Part shown: one piece after another, positions 1-15,254 of the stretch | How the letters are laid out: each line of letters opens with the position of its first letter | Numbering within the stretch: the stretch's first letter is position 1 | NCBI GenBank assembly: GCA_964016885.1 | Contig: OZ024765.1 | Location: 12,896,001 to 12,960,000 of the forward strand | Direction of reading: 5' to 3' | Source: Eledone cirrhosa | Taxonomy: Eukaryota | Length of the DNA stretch: 64,000 nucleotides | Program-made: the position numbers and the translations under genes | The notes under the pieces: generated by a model | Told to the model about the DNA's origin: nothing | Databases searched by the model: none | What the model saw: only the letters and a program-made list of their open reading frames with translations

Positions 1-1002
<1,002 letters not shown>

Positions 1003-2449
1003 GGGGTCGTCAAGTATGATATTTGTAGAAAACAAACGAATTTCTTCAAATTTCATACTTGACGATCCAATATATATATATACATATTTATATGTATATG
1101 TGTGTTTCTTTAGTTGAATGTGTATGTGTGTGAGTTAGCTTGTATATGTATGTTTATGTATATGTTTGGTTATTTTGCCAAAGGCTTGAGTATGTGTATG
1201 TGTGTGTTAACATGTATATGTATGTTTGTGTATACATTCTGCCACCGAAGGCTTCAGTAACTATATGTGTGTGTGTGTACATGTATTTGAATATGAACAT
1301 GAGTGTATGTGTGCCTGTGTTTGTAGTTGAATGCAAATGTGTGTATGCATATGTATTTGTGTGTATATGTATATGTATATTTGTATAGACTTTTGGTTGT
1401 GCCACCGAAGGCTTGAGTAAGTATGTGTGTCTGTGTGTGTATATGTGGTATGTATGTATCTTTGAATGTTAATATGCACTTATATATGCGTGTAGGTGTA
1501 TTTGAATGTGTATATGTGCAAGTATATGTGTGTATTTGAATATGTGTGTACGTGTATGTTTAGGTATGTGTGAGTCTGCATTTATGTAACTCAATTCAAG
1601 TAAGTTAATTGGGTAAAAACCTGAGATGTCTTTGTGTGTACATATAAATATGTATTTATATGTTTATATATATGTATATATATATGTATATATATATATA
1701 TATGTCTATATATATATGATATGTATATGTATGTGTATGTATGTATGTAATGTATGTGTGTGTGTATATATATATCTATATAAATATATCTATATATCTA
1801 TATATATAGTGTAGGTATCATGACAAAAAGCACCCAGTACTCACTGTAAATGAGGTTGGTGCTAGGAAGGGCATCCAGCTGTAGAAACTAAGCCAAAAAT
1901 CAGTTCTGTATGAGCAAGACATGGTCACCTGACTTAGCATTGCCACAACAGGCCAACTCGTCTAACCCATGCTAGCTTGGACATAAAACAGTGATGATAT
2001 ATACACACACATATATATATATATATATAGATAGGTAAATATACACGGGTGTGTATGATTGTGTATAGAAGATTATATTAATAAGAGGAATTCCAACTTT
2101 GTCTGATTTACTCGTTTTATTTACAATCCTTTAAATATATATATATACACATGTACAGGGTTGATGAAATATAGTACCAGTAATACACTGGGATAATTGC
2201 TGGCCTTGTGCCAAAAGTAGAAACAATTATTCATATCCTTCTATGACTTTCTCTCCCTCTCTTTTCTCTTTTTACCTACAGTCTAATCTGGCATTGGTAG
2301 ACTGTCCCTTCACATCTGTTATAGCTGCCCCTACTATTTTCTCTTCCTGTTATTTTCCCTTCACCTGTGATCACAGAAGCTGGCATGACATGCTCTCTCA
2401 CCTATCAAGCATTAGTCTAATTTCCTTACAACATTATCTTAGAGACTCC

Positions 2450-2682
2450 TTACGGGGTCGATAAAATAAAGTACCAGTAATGAACTGGGTAATTGCTGGC
2501 CTTGTGCCTAAAGTAGAAACAATTATCTTAGAGGCTCTTGGGTGGATAGAGGCAGTGGATTGACAGTACCCGTAGAGGGTCGGACGCCATGCTTTGATGC
2601 ATAGAGTTACGGCCCTTGCCATTCTGAGTTCAAATCCCGCCGAGGTTAACTTTGCCTTTCATCCTAACGTAGAAACAATTAT
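2450..2682 (+). mobile_element. Meta-domain-like tRNA SINE (family M): a 3' fragment followed by an internally deleted copy
   Basis: Head GTGGATTGaCAGTA..GTAGAGGGTCGGACGCCATGC, B box GAGTTCAAATC, GCCTTTCATCCT, tail GTAGAAACAATTA. Matches the full copies at 44845 and 63216. Confidence 0.8.
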
Positions 2683-3474
2683 CATAGAGACTCTTATCAT
2701 TTCTGTCTTCAGTTGAAAGACATTTAAATGTAATAAATTCTCAGTTGTGAAAATCTGCTGTCCCCTCTTCGCCACCCCACTCCCAGAATTCGTTTTCGCA
2801 GGGGTGGGGGTGGGGGGTGGATTGTGAACATGTCAGAGGTCAAATTAGTTGAAAAAAACACACACTAAAAAAAATATTTCTTAGCGATCCCCAGTGGACA
2901 CTTTTCTATAAATTTAATTGATTGAGAGGTGCTTATCTGTAACTCCAAGGGTCCCCTCTGGTCCCATGTCCATTTCAAGGGAAAATGGAGTCATTTGTGA
3001 GTGAGTTGGATGTCAGATCAGTTGAAAACAAACCTAAAACCTAGAAAAAAAAAAGAAAATCCCATCAAAGAAAATTCATTACTCCAAAGACCCTTTGGAG
3101 AACCCCCATTTCGGCCGCTTGTATTTGTGATCCTATTCTTTCAGTCATTACCCAAGATTAATGACCATAGTTAAGGGTTGGCACGAAAACTGAATTGAAG
3201 ACAATGTGGGAGTTTGTCAATTCAGATAAAATAAAAAAATGTTCATCTTACTCTTTTACATGCCATGTTGTCATACTTCTCCCCTCCCTTCCATGGAGGT
3301 AGTTCATAGCTATGCCAACCACTCCTCTCCATATGGCTGGCAGTTCTATTTTTAAAGAGCAGAAACTCTATCCAAGCCTTGTATAACAGCTGATGACAGT
3401 GATCTACTGTGTCTGATGTCTTTCTTTACATTGTCTGGGGGTGCATTTCTTGCATGTTTGTGTGTGTGTGTATA

Positions 3475-3812
3475 TCATCATCATCATCATCATCATCATA
3501 CGTCCACTTTTCCCTGCTTGCAAGGGTGGGACGGGAACTGATTCTGGCTTGATTTCTACAGCTGGATGCCCTTCCTAACACCAACCTCATTTACAGTGAG
3601 TGCTGGGTGCTTTTTTCCTGTGGCACCTCCACGACCACTTTACAGTGGAATGATAGGGACCCCAGTCCTATCATCTCATTTCTACAGCTGAGTAAACTAG
3701 AGCAATGTGAAATAAAGTGTCTTGCTCAAGGAAACAACACATCACCCGGTCTGAAAATTGAACTCACAACCTTTCGATTGCAAGGCCAATGCTCTAACCA
3801 CTAACCCATGTG
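3475..3812 (-). mobile_element. tRNA-derived SINE family A (V/CORE-like middle, RTE-derived 3' part)
   Basis: Reverse complement of the 16741 and 20093 copies, with A and B boxes and a (GAT)n tail. Confidence 0.9.
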
Positions 3813-3908
3813 ATATATATATATATATATATATGACTATCCAAGGAAAACTTGAACCGTTAAGGTAGATTCTCCTTGGTTATGTCAAAATTTATAAAAC
3901 ACACTTCG

Positions 3909-3970
3909 TATTTTATCTGATGAAAGCGTACAAAAATCTTTGGTACCCTTGAAATATATATAATAGAATG
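3909..3970 (+). ncRNA. Minimal type I hammerhead ribozyme
   Basis: Stem I TATTTTAT/ATAGAATG; CTGATGA; stem II AAGcGTAC/GTACcCTT; GAAA; palindromic stem III TATATA followed by TA. Confidence 0.75.
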
Positions 3971-4014
3971 AATATGGTTTTATAAATATAGTTTCCATTT
4001 ATTTAATATCATTG

Positions 4015-4047
<33 letters not shown>

Positions 4048-4049
<2 letters not shown>

Positions 4050-4240
4050 GAAAAAGTATGACCCCGACGGCAGAGCTCAAGCCGTTTCGACGGCTATTTC
4101 AGTCCAGAAATAGCCGTCGAAACGGCTTGAGCTCTGCTGTCGGGGTCATACTTTTTCCTATTTCCTACTCTACTACCCTAAGTATTGAGTACTCTGGTGC
4201 GTTATGGTCCATCTGGTTTCTTACAACAATTCCTTTGTTA
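4048..4240 (+). mobile_element. Fold-back element (53-bp arms, 4048-4159) plus conserved tail; Penelope-like terminal repeat family P1
   Basis: Inverted repeat around the loop AGTCCA, containing AGCCGTC-GAAAC. Tail TATTGAGTACTCTGGTGCG..TTGTTA then (TA)n. Other copies at 14120, 21134 and 57421. Confidence 0.6.
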
Positions 4241-4368
4241 TATATATATATATAATGCCATATGCAAACATACACTTGGTTATCACCTCTGAAACAGGTT
4301 TTGTTCGATAAAAATTCATTCCACACTTCATTGAGTGAGTAATGTGTGCAAGCGAGATGATACCCCCC

Positions 4369-4494
<126 letters not shown>

Positions 4495-4608
4495 GAAACA
4501 CATATGTATTTATGTACATATATATTTATATGTGTGTAATTATGTATATATATATATAAATGTATTTATTTATGCATCTGTTAGGCCTATCACTTCACAG
4601 CACTACTA

Positions 4609-4850
4609 TCAGCTGTACATCTGCCAGGCCTGTCACCAGTTGTGTTGTGACTTCAAGACCACATGATATTACCAGCAGCTATACATCTATCAGACCTGTC
4701 ACCAGATGTGTTGTGACTTCAAGACCACATGATATTACCAGTAGCTATACATCTATCAGACCTGTCACCAGATATGTTGTGACTTCAAGACCACATGTTA
4801 TTACCAGCAGCTATACATCTATCAGACCTGACACAAGATGCAGTATGACT
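4609..4850. repeat. 69-bp minisatellite, about 3.5 copies
   Basis: Repeated CAGCTATACATCTATCAGACCTGTCACCAGATGTGTTGTGACTTCAAGACCACATGATATTACCAG. Confidence 0.9.
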
Positions 4851-5222
4851 CATTCATAATACCATCAGCCTTACATTAATTAAGTCCATCATCATCATCA
4901 TCACCGTTTAATGTCCAATATTCCCTGCTAGCATAGTTTAAACGAGTTGTCCTGTTGTGAAACTTGTCAGATCAGGTAGCCATGTCTTGTTCTTACAGAA
5001 CTTATTTGGGCTTGGTTTCTACACCTGGATACTCTTCCTAACACCAACAACATTTACAGTGTGGACTAGGTGTTTTTATCATGTCACCAGCACAACTAAC
5101 TGACAGGGTGGACTGGGCTCTTTTTGTCATGTCACCAACATGACCACTGAACTGGGTGCTTTTTGTTGTGTTATTAACACAACCATTTTACAGGGTAGAA
5201 TGGGTGATTTTTTTTTTTTTAT

Positions 5223-6519
5223 CACGCGACTAACCCAGGTTCTGCTGCATGTCGGGCTGAGGAGGCCAAACTCTCCAAGTACCGGTTGCTCTCCGACAGG
5301 TTTGCGGTCCTACCCTTGGCAGTGGAGACTTCTGGTGTCCTTGGCCCTAGGGCTACCTCCCTACTCACCACCATAGGTGCTGAACTGGCTAGCCATAGCA
5401 GTGGAGACTTCTGGTGTCCTTGGCCCTAGGGCTACCTCCTTACTCACCACCATAGGTGCTGAGATGGCTAGCCATAGCAGTGGAGACTTCTGGTGTCCTT
5501 GGCCCTAGGGCTACCTCCCTATTCACCACCATAGATTCTGAGATGGCTAGCCATAGCAGTAGAGACTTCTGGTGTCCTTGGCCCTAGGGCTACCTCCCTA
5601 TTCACCACCATAGGTGCTGAACTGGCTAGCCATAGCAGTAGAGACTTCTGGTGTCCTTGGCCCTAGGGCTACCTCCCTATTCACCACCATAGGTGCTGAA
5701 CTGGCTAGCCATAGCAGTAGAGACTTCTGGTGTCCTTGGCCCTAGGGCTACCTCCCTACTCACCACCATAGGTGCTGAGATGGCTAGCCATAGCAGTAGA
5801 GACTTCTGGTGTCCTTGGCCCTAGGGCTACCTCCCTACTCACCACCATAGGTGCTGAGATGGCTAGCCATAGCAGTAGAGACTTCTGGTGTCCTTGGCCC
5901 TAGGGCTACCTCCCTACTCACCACCATAGGTGCTGAGATAGCTAGCCATAGCAGTAGAGACTTCTGGTGTCCTTGGTCCTAGGGCTACCTCCCTACTCAC
6001 CACCATAGGTGCTGAGATGGCTAGCCATAGCAGTGGAGACTTCTGGTGTCCTTGGCCCTAGGGCTACCTCCCTACTCACCACCATAGGTGCTGAGATGGC
6101 TAGCCATAGCAGTGGAGACTTCTGGTGTCCTTGGCCCTAGGGAACCTCCTTACTCACCACCATAGGTGCTGAGATGGCTAGCCATAGCAGTGGAGACTTC
6201 TGGTGTCCTTGGCCCTAGGGCTACCTCCTTACTCACCACCATAGGCGCTGAGCTGACCAGCCGCAAGTGTGAGCCTGGCGAGATGGAATGGCTCTTCCAG
6301 CGCATCTCCCTTCCCATCCTCCAGGGAAATGCCTTCTCCATTCTGTCCACCGGGGCCGTGGGGCGGCCAACACATGGGACTATACCTAACCCTTGTTCAC
6401 TATACAGAGAGACGGAGAAGGCGAGAGAGATGTGGGTGAGTTCGGCTTGTCCGTGTTCGGACACATTGCACCCGTCAAGAGTGTATTTTCATACTTGTGA
6501 CCACGGACATTGTATGTAA
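5223..6519 (+). mobile_element. 3' fragment of a CRE-clade non-LTR retrotransposon (restriction-like endonuclease region) with an internal tandem expansion
   Basis: Collapsing the array gives PGSAACRAEEAKLSKYRLLSDRFAVLPLAVETSGVLGPRATSLLTTIGAELTSRKCEPGEMEWLFQRISLPILQGNAFSIL. This matches the CRE C-terminal pattern AA..AE..K..KY...P.A.ET.G...FQR.S.....GNA. Confidence 0.8.
5319..6252. repeat. 79-bp minisatellite, about 12 copies, derived from CRE coding sequence
   Basis: The GTGGAGACTT/GTAGAGACTT motif recurs at 5322, 5401, 5480, 5559 and onward. Confidence 0.95.
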
Positions 6520-7135
6520 AGCATTGGTGTTTGTTTTTCGCCTCTCCTATTACTTTGAGAGATGGGGAGGGCCAGAAAGATGGAGGCAATGACAGTGGGA
6601 GTTTGGCTGTTCTTTCATGTTTGCTTAGGTTACAATTACATTGTGATAGAAGCTGTGATAACCACTTCATTCATACATACATACATAAATATGGTTCCAT
6701 TTTAAGCCTGGTGGAGCCCACACTACTACTAGCTGTACATCTGTCAGGTTTACCACCAGATGTAATGTTAACTGCCAACTGTACACCAATCAGGCTTACC
6801 ACCACACAACATTACCATCAACTGTACAACAGTATCTGTCGGGCAGTATCTCTGATACAGATGTTGACAATGATCACTGTATGGTATTGATCACCAATCA
6901 AGTCGAAGGTGATAAAGATCGATAATCAAATACCATCAGGTATAAAATTCAATGTGGATGAATTGAAAGATCTAGAAATATATAGCAGTATTTGAGGGAG
7001 ATTTGGCTGCTATTTCTAACAGGTCATTACTGGAACGTCTCAAAAGTCTTGTGGAAGACATGACCCTTAAGAATAAAGTTGGTTGGTAAGAGAGAATTTC
7101 CTGTGCTGTGTGATTTCCTTAAACCCCACCTTGTC

Positions 7136-7144
7136 AAGAGAGAG

Positions 7145-7181
<37 letters not shown>

Positions 7182-7600
7182 GAGAGAGAGAGTGTGTGTG
7201 TGAAAGAGAGAGAGTGTATGAGTGAGAGAGAGATAGTGTGTGTGTGTGAAAGAGAGAGAGAGAGTGTGTGTGTGTTTGTGAAAGAGAGAGAGTGTATGAG
7301 TGAGAGAGAGAGAGTGTGTGTGTGTGTGTGAGAGAGAGAGAGTGAAACAGAGAAGTAGGGAAGAAAAAGTGAGACACAGAAAGGTAAGGAAGAGAGAGAG
7401 AGAGAGGGACTGAGAGGAAAAGAGAGAGTGTGTGAGAGAAAGAAAGAGAGAGAGAGAAAGAGTGTGATAGAGGAAGAAAGAGAGAGAGATTGACAGACAG
7501 TGAGAAAGTGAGAGAGAGAGAGAGGGATAGAGGAAGAGAAAAAAAGAGTGAGAGATAGTGACAGAGGAAGAGAGAGAGAGGAAGATAGAGAGAGGGATAC
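7136..7600. repeat. (GA)/(GT)-rich low-complexity tract
   Basis: Direct inspection. Confidence 0.9.
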
Positions 7601-7771
7601 AAGGAAAGTGGGTGAGATGTTACATAGTTTAAGAGTAAAACTTTGAAAGATATTTCAAATATTTCACTCCTCTGTTGTCCAGGATAAGGACAAAGTCACA
7701 TGTCAGTCATGGAGAGAAATAGAGGGAGGGGGGGGGGGTGAAGTTTTCAGGATAAAAATGTACTATGTATC

Positions 7772-7818
<47 letters not shown>

Positions 7819-7991
7819 AATAAATACAATATCGGAGAAAGCTTTTTAGCGATACTCCGGCCAAATTCCAACTCACTCAACAAACATTAGGAAATAAGTG
7901 ATTATATTCCCAATTATGTGTTCGGGGTGTTAACTAAAAGTATTGTGTGGAAAATTGGCTGTATTATTTCAAATGAGACATATCTAATATA

Positions 7992-8036
<45 letters not shown>

Positions 8037-8160
8037 TAGAAGTTGTATTTAATTTGTTGGAAGTCCGACAATCATAAATGTTTATAACTGATTTAGAGCA
8101 TTCAACAAGTTACTGGAGAAAATAATCAATGATATTAAATGAATGGAAACTATACACACA

Positions 8161-8216
<56 letters not shown>

Positions 8217-8235
8217 TATATACGCATATATATTC

Positions 8236-8268
<33 letters not shown>

Positions 8269-8321
8269 TATTCATATATATATATATGTATGTATATATA
8301 TATATATATATGTATGTTTAT

Positions 8322-9054
8322 GTCAGGTCACCAGTTGGTGCTACTGGTAACATGTATCCCAGTACAACCTGTCCCATGGTCGGGTCGTTGGCGACTAAAC
8401 TGGCAACCCCACCAAGGTTTCTTGGTGAGGAGGGTGACTTTGGACATCCTGCAGGACTAAAAACAAAACCTGTCAAAGGAGCTCTTAAGAGCCAATGGCC
8501 ATCCAAAATCACCGGGAGAGATGACCCCTTAGCCTTTGTCAGGGCAGAATTCTAGGAGAAGGAAAACTCTGATATAACACCTGCAACCCTGATGGTATCC
8601 AATGATAAAGGAGCTCTTAAGAGTCAATGGCCATCCAAAATCACCGGGAGAGATGACCCCTTAGCCTTTGTCAAGGCAGAATTCTAGGAGAAGGAAAACT
8701 CTGATATAACACCTGCAACCCTGATGGTATCCAATGATGTTGACTTGTTCTTCTTTTTGGTAAATATCATCTTGGTTAAGAGAGTGGGACTGGCTCTGTG
8801 CAGTGCCTTTGCTCACTATAAAAGCTTCACGGCACAGGCATTGCTTTATATCTGGAGATCTCTCTGCACTTGTCGTCACATGGTACCATGGGCCCAGAAC
8901 TATGTGTTAATAATTGTCACAAGTGTAGTGTTTGTACCAGAGTTTTCAAGTCGCTGGCTGGACTAAAAAGTCACACTCGTTCAGCGCATCGGTAGGGGTT
9001 CTCCTACATGGTTATAAAGTAGTGGCCGTACTCGAAAACGAGTTGGCAGCCACC

Positions 9055-9055
<1 letters not shown>
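8322..9055 (+). mobile_element. Bipartite RTE (BovB-like) remnant: 5'UTR-like part plus C-terminal C2H2 finger and 3' end
   Basis: CTAGGAGAAGGAAAACTCTGA motif typical of RTE 5'UTRs, present twice. 8912-8995 encodes [28 protein letters not shown] 3' hairpin CTCG-AAAA-CGAG precedes (TA)n. Confidence 0.65.
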
Positions 9056-10164
<1,109 letters not shown>

Positions 10165-10529
10165 TCTTATTTGTTGTGCTCATAATTTTGGCATTTATTA
10201 TACTGGTTGGATGCCCTTCCTAACACCAGCACCACTTTACAGCATGGACTGGGTGCTTTTGTTTGTGCCACCAGCACTAGAGAGGTCATCTTACTGGACT
10301 CAGGAGACCTAACCACCCCTCCATTTTTACAGCATGGACTGGGTGCTTTTATTGGTGCCACCAGCACTAGGGAAGTTGTCTTACTGGACTTAGGGGACTT
10401 CTCTACACCGCACCAATATATTTGGAGTGGTAGCTCTCCTAGACGGGTTGCCTATATTACGGCTTACGGAGCCTTCATCTGCCCCTTGTCTGTTCTATGA
10501 TATATTCACAAGGGAGTGGTTATCATACG

Positions 10530-10638
10530 GCATCAAGCTCATGGTGGAGATGACAAAGGACCGTGACAAGTGGAGAGATGCTGTGTTGAATAGGACCCAC
10601 CCCACCCTTGCAAGCAGGGAAAAGCGGACGTAAAATGA
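10530..10638 (+). mobile_element. 3' end of a second RTE lineage (RTE-B)
   Basis: Encodes KLMVEMTKDRDKWRDAVLNRTHPTLASREKRT*, matching 60059-60160 on the minus strand. Confidence 0.75.
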
Positions 10639-10772
10639 ATTTTCCTTAGAACCTAACTAATAATTGTTTGTGGAAACCACTGCATATTCACAGAATCCTA
10701 CATCACTTCCGCGAATTTTTAAATGGCTTTTTTCGTACTATATATTTTTAATACAAAATTATTAATAACAAT

Positions 10773-11107
10773 ATGGCTTAGTGGTTAGAGCATTGGCCTT
10801 GCAATCGAAAGGTTGTGAGTTCAATTCTCAGACCGGGTGATGTGTTGTTTCCTTGAGCAAGACACTTTATTTCACATTGCTCCAGTTTACTCAGCTGTAG
10901 AAATGAGATGATAGGGACTGGGGGTCCCTATCATTCCACTGCAAAGTGGTCATGGAGGTGCCACGGCAAAAAAGCACCCAGCACTCACTGTAAATGAGGT
11001 TGGTGTTAGGAAAGGCATCCAGCTGTAGAAATCAAGCCAGAATCAGTTCCCGTCCCACCCTTGCAAGCAGGGAAAAAGCGGACGTAAAATGAAACGAAAT
11101 GAAACGA
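10773..11107 (+). mobile_element. SINE family A
   Basis: A box TGGCTTAGTGG, B box GAGTTCAATTC, CCTTGAGCAAGACACTTTATTTCAC, RTE-type tail. Confidence 0.9.
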
Positions 11108-11244
11108 TACCGTATTTGCCAGCCTATTGGACGACCCTTCACATAAGATGCTCCCTCTTTTATTTGTATATGTTATATACATGTATATACATGTATATAA
11201 TCTATTTATTCTTTATTGTTAACACAACCCCTCACTACCCCTAC

Positions 11245-11572
11245 TTCACCCCCACTCCCACCAACACCACCCTTTCTCTGTAAAGTTATGTTGGTACTAC
11301 ATCCAGTCCAAAATAAATGAGGTCTCTAGGTGTCACAACAAAAAACACACAGTCCACGCTGTAATGTGGCCGTGTAGGTAACACGGTAAAAAGCTCTCAG
11401 TCTACACTGTAAATGTGGTTGGTGTTAGGAAGGGCTTCCAGCCGTAGCAAACCTGCCAGACAGTGCTATACGAGCGAGACATGGTCACCCGACCAATCTT
11501 GTCTAAAGTGGGACAATTCCCGTCTAAACCTATGCTAGCGTGGAAGATAGACGTTAAACGATGATGATGATA
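11245..11572 (+). mobile_element. 5'-truncated 3'UTR copy of the RTE-A LINE lineage
   Basis: Aligns by eye with 56810-57140 and ends GACGTTAAACGATGATG. Confidence 0.8.
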
Positions 11573-11983
11573 ATAAATATAAAAAATAATTATTATATTT
11601 TTAAACAAGGGCATCAAATTCCATATAGCTTCAACTCTCAACAAATGAAAGTCCAAAGCTTGGTAAACACCCCATCTGGCCCTTCGTTGCCTTTAACAGG
11701 GCCCACATTGTTTAAGGTATTTGAACCAGGTTTCATGTTAGAGGTCACCTCACTATCATTATACCCTGCTACTATTGCAGTGGCATATAAGCTGTGGTTT
11801 CTTCTTTCTCCTATTTCAGCCATTAATTTCAGGGGCTCTTGAGAAAAAGTTCAAGGGTCATTGGTACTGCCCTTCCCAGCCTGACTAAGCTATAGGAAAA
11901 GGTCCTTTACTTATTTGGTTAATTGTTGATACCATTCCTTAATGTGTTGCATGTATACATATACACACACACATATGAATATA

Positions 11984-12027
<44 letters not shown>

Positions 12028-12035
12028 ACATAGGC

Positions 12036-12387
12036 ATCATCATCATCATTTCATCATCATTTCATTTTACGTCCGCTTTTCCCTGCTTGCAAGGGTGGGA
12101 CGGGAACTGATTCTGGCTTGATTTCTACAGCTGGATGCCCTTCCTAACACCAACCTCATTTACAGTGAGTGCTGGGAGCTTTTTTGCCGTGGCACCTCCA
12201 CGACCACTTTGCAGTGGAATGATATGGACCCCAGTCCCTATCATCTCATTTCTACAGCTGAGTAAACTGGAGCAATGTGAAATAAAGTGTCTTGCTCAAG
12301 GACACAACACATCACACGGTCTGAGAATTGAACTCACAACCTTTCGATTGCAAGGCCAATGCTCTAACCACTAAGCCATGTGCCTCC
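12036..12387 (-). mobile_element. SINE family A
   Basis: Full-length reverse-complement copy. Confidence 0.9.
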
Positions 12388-12813
12388 ATATATATATATA
12401 TATATATATATTTTAAAAAAAGAAAAAGAATGTCTTCACTTGTAATTATAAACAATTTGATTTAATATAAAATTAAATTAAATTATTCAGAACTACAAGT
12501 GAAGTCATTCTTTTCCTTTTTTTAAATATATCTAACTGTACCAAGGATTTCACACATTTTCCAATATATATATATATCATCATCATCATAGTTTAACGTC
12601 CATCTTCCACGCTAGCATAGGGTTAGACGGAAGTTGTGCCACTTGAGGCAAGGTTGGTCGGGTGACCGTGTCTCGCTTGTATAGGGCTGTCTGGCAGGTT
12701 TTCTACGGCTGGATGCCCTTCCTAACACCAACCACATTTACAGTGTGGACTGGGAACTTTTTACTGTGTTACCTACACGGCCACATTACAGCGTGGATAT
12801 ATATATAAATATA

Positions 12814-13164
12814 TCATCATCATCATTTCATTTTACGTCTGCTTTTCCCTGCTTGCAAGGGTGGGACGGGAACTGATTCTGGCTTGATTTCTACAGCTGG
12901 ATGCCCTTCCTAACACCAACCTCATTTACAGTGAGTGCTGGGTGCTTTTTTTGCCATGGCACCTACACGACCCTACACGACCATTTTGCAGTGGAATGAT
13001 AGGGACCCCAGTCCCTATCATCTCATTTCTACAGCTGAGTAAACTGGAGCAATGTGAAATAAAGTGTCTTGCTCAAGGAAACAACACATCACCCGGTCTG
13101 AGAATTGAACTCACAACCTTTCGATTGCAAGGCCAATGCTCTAACCACTAAGCCATGTGCCTCC
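12814..13164 (-). mobile_element. SINE family A
   Basis: Full-length reverse-complement copy, preceded by an RTE-A 3'UTR fragment at about 12578-12798 (minus). Confidence 0.9.
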
Positions 13165-13357
13165 ATTATATATATATTTATATATCCATATGTTCATTCT
13201 GTCATTATAACAGTAGAGGTCTGACAAGCTTTTGATTCCAGAGTTGGACCAGATCGATACAGATCAAACCTTGAGCTGCTCCGTAGCGAAATGTGTGTCA
13301 CCAATCAATAAATATAAAGAAGGCTTAACAAATCGTCCTTGTATTATTATATATAAG

Positions 13358-13718
13358 GGTGGTGGATTGGCAGAATCAGTAGAGCGTTGGACACCATGCT
13401 TCACTGCATAGGCTTATGTCCCCTTACGTTCTGAGTTCAAATCCTGCCAAGGTTAACTTTGCCTTTCATCCTTACAGGGTCAATCAAATAAAGTATGGCC
13501 TTGTGCCTAAATCAGAACCCATTATTATATATATATATAAGGGGCGGTGGATTGGCAGTATCGGTAGAGGGTCGGACGCCATGCTTTCCAGCATAGTTAC
13601 GTCCCTTTACAATCTGAGTTCAAATCCCGCCTTTCATCCTTACGGGGTCGATAAAATAAAGTACCAGTAATACACTGGGTAATTACTGGCCTTGTGCCTA
13701 TATAAGAAACCATTATTA
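13358..13718 (+). mobile_element. Two adjacent family M SINEs
   Basis: Two heads (13358 and 13541), each with GAGTTCAAATCC, GCCTTTCATCCTTAC and a GGCCTTGTGCC tail. Confidence 0.85.
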
Positions 13719-14119
13719 TATATATATATATATATATATGCAGGAGAGGAGGTTGCGTTGGTATGGACATGTGATGTGTTTGAAGGATGACAGCTGCATA
13801 AAAAGGTGCAGAGCACTAAAAGTTGATGGAAACCTTTTCGCTTCTGTGTCTTTTATATCGGTAATCTAATTTATTCAGTCCTCAATGTTGCCATTGACTG
13901 ACCAACTGTCAAAAATACAGATACAATATAGACACAAACACATATATATAGTCTATCAAAGTTCTTTCGTTGCACATCTGCAACATCGTCAGTGGTGCTA
14001 TTGTTTCCTCCCGCTGCATTGTATTTTCTACGCCATCTTTATTTAGTCTGTTTATATATTTATTTATTTGTTTATTTTATTTTATTTTATTTTATTTTAT
14101 TTTGACACACGATTTCATA

Positions 14120-14256
14120 TTTAGGGTAGTAGAGTGGGAAATAGGAAAAAGTATGACCCCGACTGCAGAGCTCAAGCCGTTTCGACGGCTATTTCTGGAC
14201 TGAAATAGCCGTCGAAACGGCTTGAGCTCTGCCGTCGGGGTCATACTTTTTCCTAT
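14120..14256 (-). mobile_element. Fold-back element family P1
   Basis: 58-bp arms at 14141-14256 around TGGACT, the reverse complement of the loop at 4101-4106. Confidence 0.65.
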
Positions 14257-14397
14257 ATATATATACATATATATATGGGTCTGAGTACATATATATTTAG
14301 ATTTATAAGTGGTCAATTAACTTTCAGGTCAAGATCTTTTTGTAATTGTTGTTACCATCCTTCTAGAAATGTGACCCTGTATGCTTGTATGCATGAG

Positions 14398-14515
14398 TAT
14401 ATATATATATATACACCCATATACATATATGTATGTATATATATATATATGTGTGTGTATGTATATATATATATATGTGTGTGTATGTATATATATATAT
14501 GTGTGTGTGTTTATA

Positions 14516-14594
<79 letters not shown>

Positions 14595-14631
14595 ATACAT
14601 AAATATATATATATATATACATATATATATG

Positions 14632-14721
<90 letters not shown>

Positions 14722-14786
14722 AATATATATATATATATACATATATAATACATATATTATATACATATATATAAATATATATATAA

Positions 14787-14845
<59 letters not shown>

Positions 14846-15047
14846 AATATATATATAAATATATATATATATATACATATATATATGTTAATATATATAT
14901 ATACATATATATAAATATATATATAAATATATATATATATACATATATATATGTTAATATATATATGTATATATATTTACATATATATATATACATATAC
15001 ATACATATATATATATACATACATACATACATCTATACATATTTATC

Positions 15048-15078
<31 letters not shown>

Positions 15079-15080
15079 GT
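14398..15080. repeat. (TA)n microsatellite
   Basis: Direct inspection. Confidence 0.97.
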
Positions 15081-15254
15081 CTATGTGTGGCGGCTGTGTG
15101 TTATTGTTGTCTCGTTCTAAGTAGGTTTTTGAGTGAGAAAATTTACAAGATTGTTTATAGTGAATTAGTAATTGTCAGGTTAGACTGTTAGTCAACACTA
15201 ACTTCCAGAAAGACATTTGTCACACTCTCATTATACCCTTGTGCACACACTTAC

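Noticed and set aside
3385-3420. CTGATGA-CAGT-GATCT-ACTG hammerhead-like start
   Set aside because: No GAAA box follows stem II.
13265-13310. TGA-GCTGC-TCC-GTAGC-GAAA-TGTGTG-TC partial hammerhead; similar GAAAC-AATT-GTA at about 27595-27630 (minus)
   Set aside because: The CUGA box and stem I are missing. These are possibly truncated members but were not counted.
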